In this document: in pieces, positions 10,287-21,545 of the stretch
Layout: each line of letters starts with the position of its first letter
Numbering within the stretch: the stretch's first letter is position 1
NCBI GenBank assembly: GCA_963834385.1
Contig: CAWIBO010000005.1
Location: 288,001 to 352,000, forward strand
DNA: 64,000 nucleotides
Reading direction: 5' to 3'
Origin: an uncultured Verrucomicrobiae bacterium
GTDB lineage: Bacteria; Verrucomicrobiota; Verrucomicrobiia; Chthoniobacterales; UBA10450
Notes under the pieces: model-generated
The model's input: only the letters and a program-made list of their open reading frames with translations
The model's database searches: none
What the model was told of the DNA's origin: nothing
Position numbers and translations under genes: made by a program

Positions 10287-10964
10287 ATGAACGCGGAGAA
10301 GATCCTCGAAATCCTGAAAACGCTGGGAAAACCGGGGACGGCGGCGATTTACCGACGGCATGGCGCCGGGGACAATGTCCATGGCGTTCTTACTTCCGAG
10401 ATCGCGAAGCTGCAGAAGAAGATCAAAAGGAATCACGCGCTCGCGCTGGATCTTTGGAGAACAGGTAATGCTGAAGCGCGCGTCCTCGCTCTGTTGATCG
10501 CTGACCCTGCAGAAATCTCACGCACCGAAGCGCTCGCGCTGGTTAAGGAGGGACCAGTCCGTTTTCTCGGCTGTTATCTGACCGATCTCCTGGCTCGTGG
10601 GCGCGGTGCGGACGCCACGATGTGCGCATGGATGAAGGCGAAGGACGAGGCCCGTCGCGAAATGGGCTACGGAATTCTCGGCGTCCGCTTGAAGGATGAG
10701 CCCGAGTCGATCAGCGACGTTGATGCCGGGAAGATGCTGGCGACAATCGAGAAGGAGATTCATCGCTCCCCGAACTGGGCGCGTTACGCCATGAACGGCG
10801 CCCTCATTGCGATCGGTATTTTCAAACCGGCTCTGCGCAAGAAGGCGATCGGCGCGGCCAGACGCATCGGTCCGGTGGAGGTGGATCATGGAGAGACCTG
10901 CTGCAAAACGCCGGACGCGGTGGCGGCGATAGAGAAAGCATTGAAGCGTAAGCGCCGTCCCTGA
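10287..10964 (+). CDS. DNA alkylation repair protein (AlkD-like)
   Basis: NHALALDLW, MNGALIAIG and IGPVEVDHGETCCKTP motifs. Confidence 0.85.
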   Translation: MNAEKILEILKTLGKPGTAAIYRRHGAGDNVHGVLTSEIAKLQKKIKRNHALALDLWRTGNAEARVLALLIADPAEISRTEALALVKEGPVRFLGCYLTDLLARGRGADATMCAWMKAKDEARREMGYGILGVRLKDEPESISDVDAGKMLATIEKEIHRSPNWARYAMNGALIAIGIFKPALRKKAIGAARRIGPVEVDHGETCCKTPDAVAAIEKALKRKRRP

Positions 10965-10972
10965 TCGGGTGC

Positions 10973-11806
10973 TTAGGCCGCGGAATGAGCGGCCGCCTTC
11001 GCGCAGCGTTCGAGCAGGCGGGGCGCTCCCATCCGTTCCGCCCACGCGGCGAAGGCTGGGGTCGGCCCGCGCCAGCGCAGGGTCTCGACCTTCTTGAACA
11101 AGGGCGCATCGGTCCGCAGGGTCGCAAGCTTCTTGAAGAGCAGGGCCTGCTTGCGCTGGCTTCCGAGGATGCCCGCAGGGAATTTCTCAATCGAGCGGTG
11201 CCGGTTCAAGAGCTGCGCAGCGGTCCGGGGACCGATCCCGGCGATCCCCGGGTAGCCGTCGGCGGCGTCGCCCACCAGCGCGAGCAGGTCGGGGATCAGC
11301 GGCGGGTCGACCCCGAACTTTTCCCGGATGCCGGCGGCGTCCCGCGTGATCTTGCGCCGGCCGTCCACCTGCACCACGCGCGTTCCCCGAACGCATTGCG
11401 CCAGGTCCTTGTCGGGCGTCCAGATGGCGATCTTCCGCACCTTTTTGTTCTTCGCGGCGAGATGCGCGGCCGATGCGAGGGCGTCGTCGGCTTCCAGCTC
11501 GATCATCGGCCAGACGACCACGCCCATGGCCGTGAGCGCTTCTTCCAGGGGATGAAACTGGGCGCGCAAGGCGCGGTCGATCCCGGCCCCGGTCTTGTAA
11601 CCGGGCCAAAGTTCGTTGCGGAACGATTCAATGACGTGATCGGTGGCGACCCCGAGATACTCCGAGCCGCTCTCGATCATTTGCAGGACGGTCTGCAACA
11701 CGCCGACCACCGCGCCGTAGGGCCGATCCTTTCCCTTGGTGAACCGGCGCAACCCGTAGAAGTGACGGAAAAGTTCGTAAGTCCCGTCAACGAGGTGCAC
11801 GACCAT
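10973..11806 (-). CDS. 5'-3' exonuclease / flap endonuclease (PIN + H3TH)
   Basis: LVDGTYELFR, EADDALA, PDKDL and LVGDAADGYPGIAGIG motifs. Confidence 0.92.
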   Translation of the reverse strand: MVVHLVDGTYELFRHFYGLRRFTKGKDRPYGAVVGVLQTVLQMIESGSEYLGVATDHVIESFRNELWPGYKTGAGIDRALRAQFHPLEEALTAMGVVVWPMIELEADDALASAAHLAAKNKKVRKIAIWTPDKDLAQCVRGTRVVQVDGRRKITRDAAGIREKFGVDPPLIPDLLALVGDAADGYPGIAGIGPRTAAQLLNRHRSIEKFPAGILGSQRKQALLFKKLATLRTDAPLFKKVETLRWRGPTPAFAAWAERMGAPRLLERCAKAAAHSAA

Positions 11807-11852
11807 CGGGTCAGACCTTAGACTGCGATCAGGATGATAAGGAAAGAGGTTC

Positions 11853-11940
11853 ACCACAGAGACGCAGAGCTGAAAAGCTGACAACTGAAATGCTGAAATC
11901 GGGCAGGAGAGGGGAAAGCTGAAAAGGAGAGGGCTGAGAT
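11853..11940. repeat. CACAGAGACGCAGAG unit plus GCTGAAAA-type 8-mer array
   Basis: accacagagacgcagag then gctgaaaa/gctgacaa/gctgaaat; related AAAGCTGAAAAGG at 13862-13874. Confidence 0.6.
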
Positions 11941-11945
11941 AGAGC

Positions 11946-13757
11946 TCAGAGCGGCCAGACCCAGAGGAGCATGGGGACGGCGACGGCCATCACGACGATT
12001 TCGAGGGGGAGGCCCATGCGCCAGTAATCGGAGAAGCGGAAACCGCCGGGGCCCATGATGAGGGTGTTGTTCTTGTGGCCGATGGGGGTGAGGAAGGCGC
12101 AGGAAGCGGCGATGGCGACGCCCATGAGGAAGGTGTCGGGGTTGGCTCCGAGCTGTTGGCCGAGATCGATCGCGATCGGGCCGGTGATGACCATGGTGGC
12201 GACGTTGTTGAGCACGTCGGAGAGCATCATCGTCACGGCCATGATGGCGACGAGCGCGACCACGGCGGAGTAACCCTGGGTCAGGTCGACGATGGAATTG
12301 GCGATCAAGGCGGTTCCGCCGACCTCCTCAAAGGCAGTCCCAAGCGGGAGAAGGCAGGCGAGCATGACCACGACCGGCCATTCGATCTGGTGATAGAGTT
12401 CGCCGGCCGGGACCAGCCCGAGCGCGACATACGCGATCACGGCGATCGCGATGGCCACGGTAAACGAGAGCAGGCCGGCGGTGGCGATGGCAATCGCGCC
12501 GGCAAAGAGACCAATGGTCAAGGCGGCGTTCAAAGGTTTGAAAGGCGCGACGCTGGTGCGGTTGACCGCGACCAGGCCGAGTTGCTCGAGCGTTCGCTCC
12601 GACGAAGCGGGCTTGCCGGTGATGAGCAGCTCGTCCCCCGACATGATCCGGCGGTTGCCGATTCCCTCCCGCGCCATCTTTCCGGCGCGCGCGATGCCCA
12701 GGAGGGTGATGCCGAAACGCGGCCGCATCTTCATGGAGATGGCGGAACGTCCGACCAGGTAGGAGTCAGACCGGACCACGGCCTCGATGATCTCCGGACC
12801 GCGGAACTCCTCTTCCTTCGACGCCGGCTCTTCTTCGTCGTCCTCTTTCTTCCCTTTCGCCGCGGCCGGCTTTTCCTCCTCTTCCTTCGGTTTCTGCAGG
12901 TCGAGCGCCTTGATGAAGGCGGCAATGGCGTCGGTGGCGCCTTCCACCACAAGGCGGTCGCCCGGCTCAATGCGTCGAAAACGAACGGAACGCCGTTTCC
13001 CGTCCCGGATCAGGCCGACCAATAGGACGTCCGCTTTCTCCGCTTCCTCGTCGAGCTCGACGCCGACGCGTCCGGCCAGCTTTGATTCCTCGGGGACGAG
13101 GAGTTCGGCGAGGAAAGACGAAGGATCGAGTTCTGCCGGCCGGTCCTTGTGCTGGGGAACGAGGCGCCAGCCGATCAGGGCGACGAAGATGATTCCGGCG
13201 ATCGCGACCGCCCCGCCGACCGGGGTGAAGTCGAACATCCCATAAGGCGCGCCGAGCTGTTGTTCACGCACGGCGGAAGCGATGATGTTGGGAGGGGTGC
13301 CGATCAGGGTGACCATGCCGCCGAGGATGGTGGCAAAGGCGAGCGGCATGAGGGTGAGGCCCGGCGGGCGGCCGGCTTTGCGCGCGGCCTGCACGTCCAC
13401 CGGCATGAGCATGGCGAGCGCGGCCACGTTATTGATCACAGCCGAGAGGGCCGCGCCGATCCCGCCGATGACCGCCACGTGTGAGCCGGCGGCGCGCTTC
13501 TCGTTCGCGGCGATCTTGGTGAGGAGACCGAGCGCGCCGGAGTTTTCGAACGCGCGCGAAGCGATCAGGACCAGGGCGACGATCATGACCGCCGGATTGG
13601 AAAAGCCGCTGAAAGCCGCCTTTTCCGGGACCAGCCCGAGAACGACGCCGCACATCAGACCCGAAACCGCCACGAGGTCGTAACGGAACCGACCCCAGAG
13701 AAGCAGGCCGAGCACGAGACCGAACAAGGCGAAGAGAAGGATTTGATCGGTGGTCAT
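11946..13757 (-). CDS. SLC13-family permease with TrkA-C domains
   Basis: GFSNPA, TLIGTPPNII and LTPIGHKNN motifs; central soluble RCK-C-like repeats. Confidence 0.92.
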   Translation of the reverse strand: MTTDQILLFALFGLVLGLLLWGRFRYDLVAVSGLMCGVVLGLVPEKAAFSGFSNPAVMIVALVLIASRAFENSGALGLLTKIAANEKRAAGSHVAVIGGIGAALSAVINNVAALAMLMPVDVQAARKAGRPPGLTLMPLAFATILGGMVTLIGTPPNIIASAVREQQLGAPYGMFDFTPVGGAVAIAGIIFVALIGWRLVPQHKDRPAELDPSSFLAELLVPEESKLAGRVGVELDEEAEKADVLLVGLIRDGKRRSVRFRRIEPGDRLVVEGATDAIAAFIKALDLQKPKEEEEKPAAAKGKKEDDEEEPASKEEEFRGPEIIEAVVRSDSYLVGRSAISMKMRPRFGITLLGIARAGKMAREGIGNRRIMSGDELLITGKPASSERTLEQLGLVAVNRTSVAPFKPLNAALTIGLFAGAIAIATAGLLSFTVAIAIAVIAYVALGLVPAGELYHQIEWPVVVMLACLLPLGTAFEEVGGTALIANSIVDLTQGYSAVVALVAIMAVTMMLSDVLNNVATMVITGPIAIDLGQQLGANPDTFLMGVAIAASCAFLTPIGHKNNTLIMGPGGFRFSDYWRMGLPLEIVVMAVAVPMLLWVWPL

Positions 13758-13967
13758 GTCGCTAAGTTCTTCGGCTCGCGGCTTTCAGGCTACGCCACCG
13801 CGGCCAGAGCATGGCTGGGGAGATGAGCGCCCGGCCAAGCACGGAGTGAAGGGTCGGAGAAAAAGCTGAAAAGGGGAAAGGCTGGTAGGGGGAAAGGCAG
13901 GAAACTTTCGTGGAAGATATGTCTGGTCGAGCTGTGAAAGCCCGATACTCTCCGCCCCGTGCATCTC

Positions 13968-14717
13968 ATGAAACTAAACAAGAGAATTTCTGTCCTGACG
14001 GTCATCTTCTCGCTGCAGTTCACCTCTGCCGTTCTTGCGGCGCCTGGTGGTGATCCGAATCAAAAACCAACGGTGCCCTCCATCGCAGATAGGCTGGAGA
14101 CGGATCCATTGGCGGAATGGGAACAGGAACTTTCGCCGACGCCAACGGCGACACCGGCGCCGACGGTAGCTGAAGTTCGGTCAACCCCGACAAGTGTTGG
14201 TGCAACCGGTCCGCAGGGAGTGAAGGGTGAGCAGGGTGAGGCCGCTGTGACGCCGGTCGCGACTCCCGCGCAGACTCCCGCGGTCCAGACCGCGGTTGGC
14301 CCGACCGGTCCGCAAGGGGATAAGGGTGCTCCCGCCACGACGCCCGGCGAGACGGTGAATAACGCGACGCCGGAGGTGCCGGCTGAGGAAAAGCCAGCAG
14401 TGCCGGCTGCGAAAACAACCTCGAACACGGGTGAAGCGACGACGCCGGGTGCGCAAACGAGGAAGGATGCCCGCGCCGCCGCAGCGGCCAAACGAGCCGA
14501 AAAGAAGGCAACGCGCCCGGCCTCGCAGGCGGGTCAGTCCGAAAAGGTCCGTCCCAAGGGGAAAACTGAAACGACCCGAACCGGCGTCAAGCCTGCCAGA
14601 GCGCAGACGAAGAAAGAGAATCCGTTTTTCGGTGGTTCTGGTTCCGGCAAGAAATCCTTCGGGAACGGCGGGGAAGAGGGCGAAGAAAAGGGACGAGGGA
14701 AGAAGCGGAAGAGATAA
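13968..14717 (+). CDS. Secreted low-complexity protein with short collagen-like Gly-X-Y tracts
   Basis: Signal peptide; GATGPQGVKGEQG and GPTGPQGDKG; Pro/Thr/Ala-rich; basic tail. Confidence 0.6.
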   Translation: MKLNKRISVLTVIFSLQFTSAVLAAPGGDPNQKPTVPSIADRLETDPLAEWEQELSPTPTATPAPTVAEVRSTPTSVGATGPQGVKGEQGEAAVTPVATPAQTPAVQTAVGPTGPQGDKGAPATTPGETVNNATPEVPAEEKPAVPAAKTTSNTGEATTPGAQTRKDARAAAAAKRAEKKATRPASQAGQSEKVRPKGKTETTRTGVKPARAQTKKENPFFGGSGSGKKSFGNGGEEGEEKGRGKKRKR

Positions 14718-14750
14718 GGCTGCCGCGTCCGGCAGCGCAGTCCAGGCCGG

Positions 14751-15236
14751 TCAGTGCGGAAGACGGAGGCGAATGGGGCCGCGCCACTCGGAATCCGGGT
14801 CGATTGTTTTGTCGCGCTGGGTCATGATGACCTCGCCCGCGCGGGCAGCATCGCGTGTTGCTTCTCGCGCAAGAGTGAGCAAGGCACGCCACCGCCGTCC
14901 GCCGGCGATGCGGGCGGCGTCGGAAGGACAGATCGAGGAGGTCGGAGGACGAGCCCGCAAGAGGGTTCGGATGGCGGCGCGCAGACGTTGCCGGTTTCCT
15001 TCCCCGGAAGTTCTCTCCCACCATTTCTCGCCGCGCTCGCCCAGCGCCACCTTGGCATCCTGCACGCGGGGGCGATCCTGGATTCGTCGCGCGGCCATTA
15101 GCTCTTTCACGAGCTCGGCGCGCAGCTTTTCAGGAATGTGCGGGTCCGTTTTGCGCCAGCGCCGGCCTTTGACCACGAAGTAATGGTCGTCTTCGCCAGG
15201 CTTCTTTCTCCGTAGTGATGGTGTGCGTCTGGGCAT
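14751..15236 (-). CDS. DUF3253-domain protein
   Basis: GRRWRKTDP, AKVALGERG, SICPSDAAR and RGPIRL motifs. Confidence 0.8.
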   Translation of the reverse strand: MPRRTPSLRRKKPGEDDHYFVVKGRRWRKTDPHIPEKLRAELVKELMAARRIQDRPRVQDAKVALGERGEKWWERTSGEGNRQRLRAAIRTLLRARPPTSSICPSDAARIAGGRRWRALLTLAREATRDAARAGEVIMTQRDKTIDPDSEWRGPIRLRLPH

Positions 15237-15334
15237 TCCGTTCCGGGGAAGGGCGGGCTGCGTCAATCGACTCCGTCAAAGCAGCGCGAATTGATTTCGC
15301 CAGTTCACACACGTTGGCCGGAACCTGACCGATC

Positions 15335-16898
<1,564 letters not shown>

Positions 16899-17022
16899 AC
16901 GAGCCATGGAGGTTAGCCCCGCGGCTCGGTGGCGGGCAATGGTAAACGCCGGGGGCTCCCCGCGGAGCGCCGCGTTTCAGCCCTCTTCGACGGAGATGAC
17001 AAAGGCCGGGCGACGCACGAGG

Positions 17023-17508
17023 ATGAAAGTCAACGCCATGGAAAGCTCCCAAAAAGAAACGGTGCCGGCAGAGGAAGCGGAGAGAACGAGTTTCCTGATC
17101 TACGTCAGTATTGCGACGCAACCTTTCAGCGAAGCCGAACTGGTCGACCTGCTGACCACGAGCCGGAAAAACAACGCCGCGGTGGGCGTGACCGGCATGC
17201 TGCTCTACAAGGAGGGGAAGTTCATGCAATTGCTCGAGGGGGAGGAAACGCAGGTGGCGCGCGTGTTCGAGAAAATCTCGAGGGATTCGCGTCATCGCGA
17301 TGTGATCACCCTCCTGAAGGGGCGGGAGGACAAACGGAGCTTCTCCGAATGGATGATGGGGTTCGCCAATCTGGAGAACGCCGAGGCGGAATCCGTGCCC
17401 GGTTACTCGGAATATTTGAATACGCCGCTGACAGCGGATGCGTTCCCCGATCCGAGTAATGCGCAGCGGCTGCTCCGGATGTTCAAGCGCACCGGGCTTT
17501 CCCTTTGA
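17023..17508 (+). CDS. Stand-alone BLUF blue-light sensor protein
   Basis: LIYVS, SRKNN..GVTGML, FMQLLEG, DSRH and F..WMM motifs. Confidence 0.92.
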   Translation: MKVNAMESSQKETVPAEEAERTSFLIYVSIATQPFSEAELVDLLTTSRKNNAAVGVTGMLLYKEGKFMQLLEGEETQVARVFEKISRDSRHRDVITLLKGREDKRSFSEWMMGFANLENAEAESVPGYSEYLNTPLTADAFPDPSNAQRLLRMFKRTGLSL

Positions 17509-17547
17509 GCGCCGGCGGCGGAGCCGCCGCGTTCACTCAGGCCCGGG

Positions 17548-19188
17548 TCACAACCATTCCTTCACCTCCGGCCAGGCCTGGTCGAGCGGGAGCTTGAGGC
17601 CGCGACAGAGAAAGAGATGGCGGCGCTGCTCGAACGGCATCGCCCAGGGACTCGATTCGATCGGCCCCAGGTCCTCGACCGAGTCCCAGTTCGTCGGATC
17701 CTCGTTCCCGGGGCGGTTGATCACCAGCATGACACTGCCGTCGAAGCCGCGCGGTCCCCAGAGAAAGTAGTTCTGGTGACCGGAAAGAGCCGGGGGCAGC
17801 CCATGGCGCCTGCCGAAGAAGTCGATCGCGCCGGCTTCGCCGTAATTCTGGGTGAAGATGCCGACGCGCCGCTGATCGCCCGGCGATAACCGGGCGAAGG
17901 CCTGCGCGACCGAGCGCGTCATTTCTTCCCAGCCGAATTGATCGGCATAAAGCTGGGGCAGCGTGGCGGTGTGGGCTGTCTCGGTGCGCGGTGGTTCAAA
18001 CCCGATTTTTCGCATGTAGTCCACGAGTTGCGCCGGCGGCAGAACGGGAATCACCATGGGGGCGAGAACGGCGGCACTCGAGAGCATGACCCCGACCAGA
18101 GCGGGGCGAAGCCAGCGGAGACGCGAAGCGAAGAGCCGTTCCCAGGCCACTCCGCCGGCGGCGAAGAGCATCGGGTAAACCGGGGCGAGGTAATAGTGTT
18201 TCCCTTTCATCAGGATGAAAATGGCGAGCGCAAGAAGGTAGGTAAAACCGAGGACGCGATAGGGCGCCGTGCGTTCGCCGGTCGGGCCGGTCCGGCCAAC
18301 GAGGAGCCAGACGAGCCCGGCGAGCCAGAGCGGAAGCGTGGCCGGGTTCATGATCAAGATCTGTTGCACGACGAAATCGACCGGCGAAAGGACGACATTT
18401 TTGCTGCTGCGGGCGACATTGCGCAGGAGCTCCGGCGTGGGCCAGTCGTGCTGCACCTGCCAGAGCAGGTTCGGCAGCACCACCAGAAGGGCGAGCCCGC
18501 CGCCGAGCCAGATCCAGGGTTGCGCCAATTGGCGGCGATGCGGAGTCAGGAGCAGGCCGGCGACGAGCGCGGCGCCGAAGAAAACGATCGAGTGTTTGTT
18601 CTGGAACCCGAGGCCGGCGAGCAGGCCGATGACCAGCCAGGTTTTGGGTGAACCGCCGTGAATGATCCGGAGGAGGAGATAGACGCAGCCCATCCAGAAG
18701 AGCGGCTCAAACAGGTTCATGGAATAAACGTTCCCATTCGCGAGATAGACGGCCGCGCCGAGCGTGGCCGCGCAGCCCAGGGCGATGGCCCAGGCGCGTC
18801 CGCCAAGTTCACGCGCGATCAGTCCCGTGAGGAGGATGACCAGCGCATGCGCCAGGGCCGGGAGGAAGCGAATGGCGAAGAGCGAATCGCCGAGGAGAAA
18901 AAGCTCCATCCGCAGGAGGAGCGCCGAGAGCGGGGCGAAATCGACGTAGCCCCAGGCAAGCCGTTTGGCGCAGGCGATGAAGTAGAGTTCATCGCGAAAA
19001 TAGCCGTAGCGGCCGTTGGTGAGGAAGTGAACGAGCAGCGCGATGATCGCGAACGAGCCCGCGATCCACCAGAACCGTGTTCCGCCCCTGATGCCCTCTT
19101 GGATTGTTCCGCGGTCGGGGTTTGCATGCGGGAGATTGGCGATTCCGCCCGGCGCATTCAATCGCAAACGGACAGGGTCCCGCGGCAT
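17548..19188 (-). CDS. Glycosyltransferase family 39 (ArnT/PMT-like) membrane protein; start uncertain
   Basis: YGYFRDELYF, LAWGYVD, NYGEAGAI and SGHQNY motifs; many TM segments. Confidence 0.88.
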   Translation of the reverse strand: MPRDPVRLRLNAPGGIANLPHANPDRGTIQEGIRGGTRFWWIAGSFAIIALLVHFLTNGRYGYFRDELYFIACAKRLAWGYVDFAPLSALLLRMELFLLGDSLFAIRFLPALAHALVILLTGLIARELGGRAWAIALGCAATLGAAVYLANGNVYSMNLFEPLFWMGCVYLLLRIIHGGSPKTWLVIGLLAGLGFQNKHSIVFFGAALVAGLLLTPHRRQLAQPWIWLGGGLALLVVLPNLLWQVQHDWPTPELLRNVARSSKNVVLSPVDFVVQQILIMNPATLPLWLAGLVWLLVGRTGPTGERTAPYRVLGFTYLLALAIFILMKGKHYYLAPVYPMLFAAGGVAWERLFASRLRWLRPALVGVMLSSAAVLAPMVIPVLPPAQLVDYMRKIGFEPPRTETAHTATLPQLYADQFGWEEMTRSVAQAFARLSPGDQRRVGIFTQNYGEAGAIDFFGRRHGLPPALSGHQNYFLWGPRGFDGSVMLVINRPGNEDPTNWDSVEDLGPIESSPWAMPFEQRRHLFLCRGLKLPLDQAWPEVKEWL

Positions 19189-19198
19189 TTTCGGGCCG

Positions 19199-19675
19199 TC
19201 AGGTCGCCTGCGGGCTGATGCTCTCCCAGGCGCGCGCTGCGACGGGGTCGCGGCCTTCGTCGAACTCGATGTGGTCGATGAGCGTTTCGATCGGTTTGCC
19301 GGTGAGACCACTTTCCGCGATGCGCTGGGGAAGGACGTGGCTTCGTTCATCGCGCCAGCCGAGCTTGGCGATGAAACGGTTCCAGATGTGACATTCCTCG
19401 TCGGTCCGCGGGGTGCCGTGGGTGTGCGCCCACGCCAGGACAGCTTCGTCCGAATCGCCGGTGAGCGCGCGCTCGCGGATCGCAGCGTAGGTGACACCGA
19501 GGAAACGGCAGCAGCGGCCGTCGAGGGTGAAGGGGTGGGGTTCGCCGAGGAAATCCTGGTAATCAGCGGGCAGGCGCCCGGCGGCTTGCAGGCGGATCTT
19601 GTCGAGCATCCGCCCGAAATAGATCAGGCGCCCCACCTTCTCGTAACAACTGCGCAGTCCTGGAATGGCAGGCAT
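19199..19675 (-). CDS. DUF5069-domain protein
   Basis: YFGRMLDKIRL, LDGRCCRFLG and FDEGR motifs. Confidence 0.85.
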   Translation of the reverse strand: MPAIPGLRSCYEKVGRLIYFGRMLDKIRLQAAGRLPADYQDFLGEPHPFTLDGRCCRFLGVTYAAIRERALTGDSDEAVLAWAHTHGTPRTDEECHIWNRFIAKLGWRDERSHVLPQRIAESGLTGKPIETLIDHIEFDEGRDPVAARAWESISPQAT

Positions 19676-19737
19676 CGGTAAAAATAGCGCGGCCAGCGGG
19701 TGGCGAAAAGCGGACAGAACGGCAGATCTCTGGAGAA

Positions 19738-20529
19738 TCAGTCAAGCAGCTCGACCGGGTCGCCTGCGCGGACCATTCCTTCCATGAGAACAGCGGCATA
19801 GACGCCCGCATTATTTTCATGCGATTGCGCGACCGTCTTCAGGAGGGCCGGCGTTTTCTCCGCGGTGTCGGGATGGATGGCGATCATCATGCACCGGCCA
19901 TCGCGGGCGAGCACGTGGATTACGACCTTCGGGCCGAGGCGCAGGTTGTGCCCGACAAAGCGGTCCTCGCCGAAACCCTCGCCGGACGCGAGGTCGAGAA
20001 GGACATTGGGGCGAAAGCGGCGCGGATCGACTTCCCCACCGGTTTCCTGTGCGAGCTGTTGCGCGGTCTGGAGGGAAAAGAGGGAGACAGGGCGGCAGTC
20101 GGTCAGCGCCTTGTCGGAACGCAGGAGGCGAAGCGGCGGGTTGTCCGGCAGTCCGGTTTGCAGGCTCTCGCGCAGGGCGGGATCGTCGATGGCCAACGTC
20201 CTTCCGTCGGGCGTCTCGACATCGAGCATCAGCTCCTCATGGGTGGCCGGGATCTGGTTAAGCATGTGCGAGCGCGCCTCCGCTTCCGCCTGGTTGGCCG
20301 GCCGGATTGATTTCTCCGGGTGCCGCCACCGGGGACGGTAACGGAGAATTTGCCGTTGATCGCGTCCGGTGAAGAAGGGAAACCCGCGATTGTTGGCCGG
20401 GCTCTCGAAGGCGTAAAGGCGGTCGCCATAAACACCGCCAAAGCCGACGAAGATTTCGTCCATCTCCTCGCCGCGCATGCTCTTGACCGGATAACGCCAG
20501 AGGCCTGCGACCGTGCCGACGACGCCCAT
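19738..20529 (-). CDS. MOSC-domain protein
   Basis: RYPVKSM, DPRRFRPN, RCMM and GVYA motifs. Confidence 0.9.
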   Translation of the reverse strand: MGVVGTVAGLWRYPVKSMRGEEMDEIFVGFGGVYGDRLYAFESPANNRGFPFFTGRDQRQILRYRPRWRHPEKSIRPANQAEAEARSHMLNQIPATHEELMLDVETPDGRTLAIDDPALRESLQTGLPDNPPLRLLRSDKALTDCRPVSLFSLQTAQQLAQETGGEVDPRRFRPNVLLDLASGEGFGEDRFVGHNLRLGPKVVIHVLARDGRCMMIAIHPDTAEKTPALLKTVAQSHENNAGVYAAVLMEGMVRAGDPVELLD

Positions 20530-20590
20530 CTCCGAGAATTAAGGTCCCGGGGCTGTGATAAGCGAGGCTAATTGGAACACGGGCCGGCGA

Positions 20591-21322
20591 TCAGAAGTGC
20601 GCGCCGATGTATTCCCACATCTGGTGATGCCAGTAGGGCCACTCGTGTCCTCCCTGCGGGCCCCAGTCGTCGAGGTGATGGGCGATGCCGCGGTTCGCGA
20701 GCACGGAGGAGAAGTGGTAGGTCGGCCCGGGAACTTCCCAGGGGCCGCAGCCGGTGGCGAGATGAATGTCGCAGCTCGGATACTGATGGAGGAACCAGGG
20801 ATCGCTCATGTTCGCCATGTAATCGACCGGGTTGTTGAAATAGAAATTATCGTCATACATGCCGTCCATGGAATCGCGCATGTCGTAGACCCCGGAGAGT
20901 CCGTAGCAACGCTTCACGCGGTCGGGGTGCTTGCAGAGCGTGTTCGCGGCGTGGAAAGCGCCGAGCGAAGCGCCATAGGCGGTGATGGCGATGCCGGGCG
21001 TCTGGCAAAGGGAATCGATGAAGGGGAAGACTTCGTTGGCCACGTAGGCGTCGTATTGCGCCTGCATCCAGCTGCGATGGAAGGGGTGCGCCCCCTTGTT
21101 CTGGAAGGAGTCGTTGTTCACCCCGTTGATGGAAAAGATGCGGATGCGTCCCTGCTCGAGGTAGGGGCTGAGGGTGCCGATCATGCCCTGGCCTTCCTGT
21201 TCCCATTCGTCCCCCCCGCTGGTGGGAAAGGCGAGGATGGGCGGGCCGTAATTGCCGTAGACGGCGACGCCCATGTCGCGGCTGAGACGTTGCGAGTACC
21301 AGCGGTGATATTCACGGTGCAT
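20591..21322 (-). CDS. Esterase (alpha/beta hydrolase)
   Basis: AFPTSGG, GASLGAFHA nucleophile elbow and HEWPYW. Confidence 0.88.
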   Translation of the reverse strand: MHREYHRWYSQRLSRDMGVAVYGNYGPPILAFPTSGGDEWEQEGQGMIGTLSPYLEQGRIRIFSINGVNNDSFQNKGAHPFHRSWMQAQYDAYVANEVFPFIDSLCQTPGIAITAYGASLGAFHAANTLCKHPDRVKRCYGLSGVYDMRDSMDGMYDDNFYFNNPVDYMANMSDPWFLHQYPSCDIHLATGCGPWEVPGPTYHFSSVLANRGIAHHLDDWGPQGGHEWPYWHHQMWEYIGAHF

Positions 21323-21391
21323 GGGAGGGAGAGGTTACCGCGCGGAGACAGGGGCTCAAGCGCGGTTCACGACGAATTGCCGGCGGGCGAC

Positions 21392-21506
21392 GGAGGGACG
21401 CGCTTCTGCGCGTCCGGGTTTTGGGCTGGGCGCGGGGGCAGGGCGGGGGAGGTGCGGAAGTTCGTCGCGGGTGAGCGGGCGTGGACATGCGGAAGCATGT
21501 CCCTCC
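21392..21506. repeat. REPIN-like inverted pair of GGAGGGAC-type palindromes
   Basis: GGAGGGACGCGCTTCTGCGCGTCC (21392-21415) and inverted GGACATGCGGAAGCATGTCCCTCC (21483-21506). Confidence 0.8.
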
Positions 21507-21545
21507 GAAGTTGCGTGCGGGGAGGAGTGAGGGACCGTGGAAGCA

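Noticed and set aside
10287..11806. Dedicated DNA-repair or anti-phage island (AlkD-like, exonuclease, tag, uvsE, DUF4326)
   Set aside because: The genes are scattered over 45 kb in different orientations with no shared operon or mobility genes.
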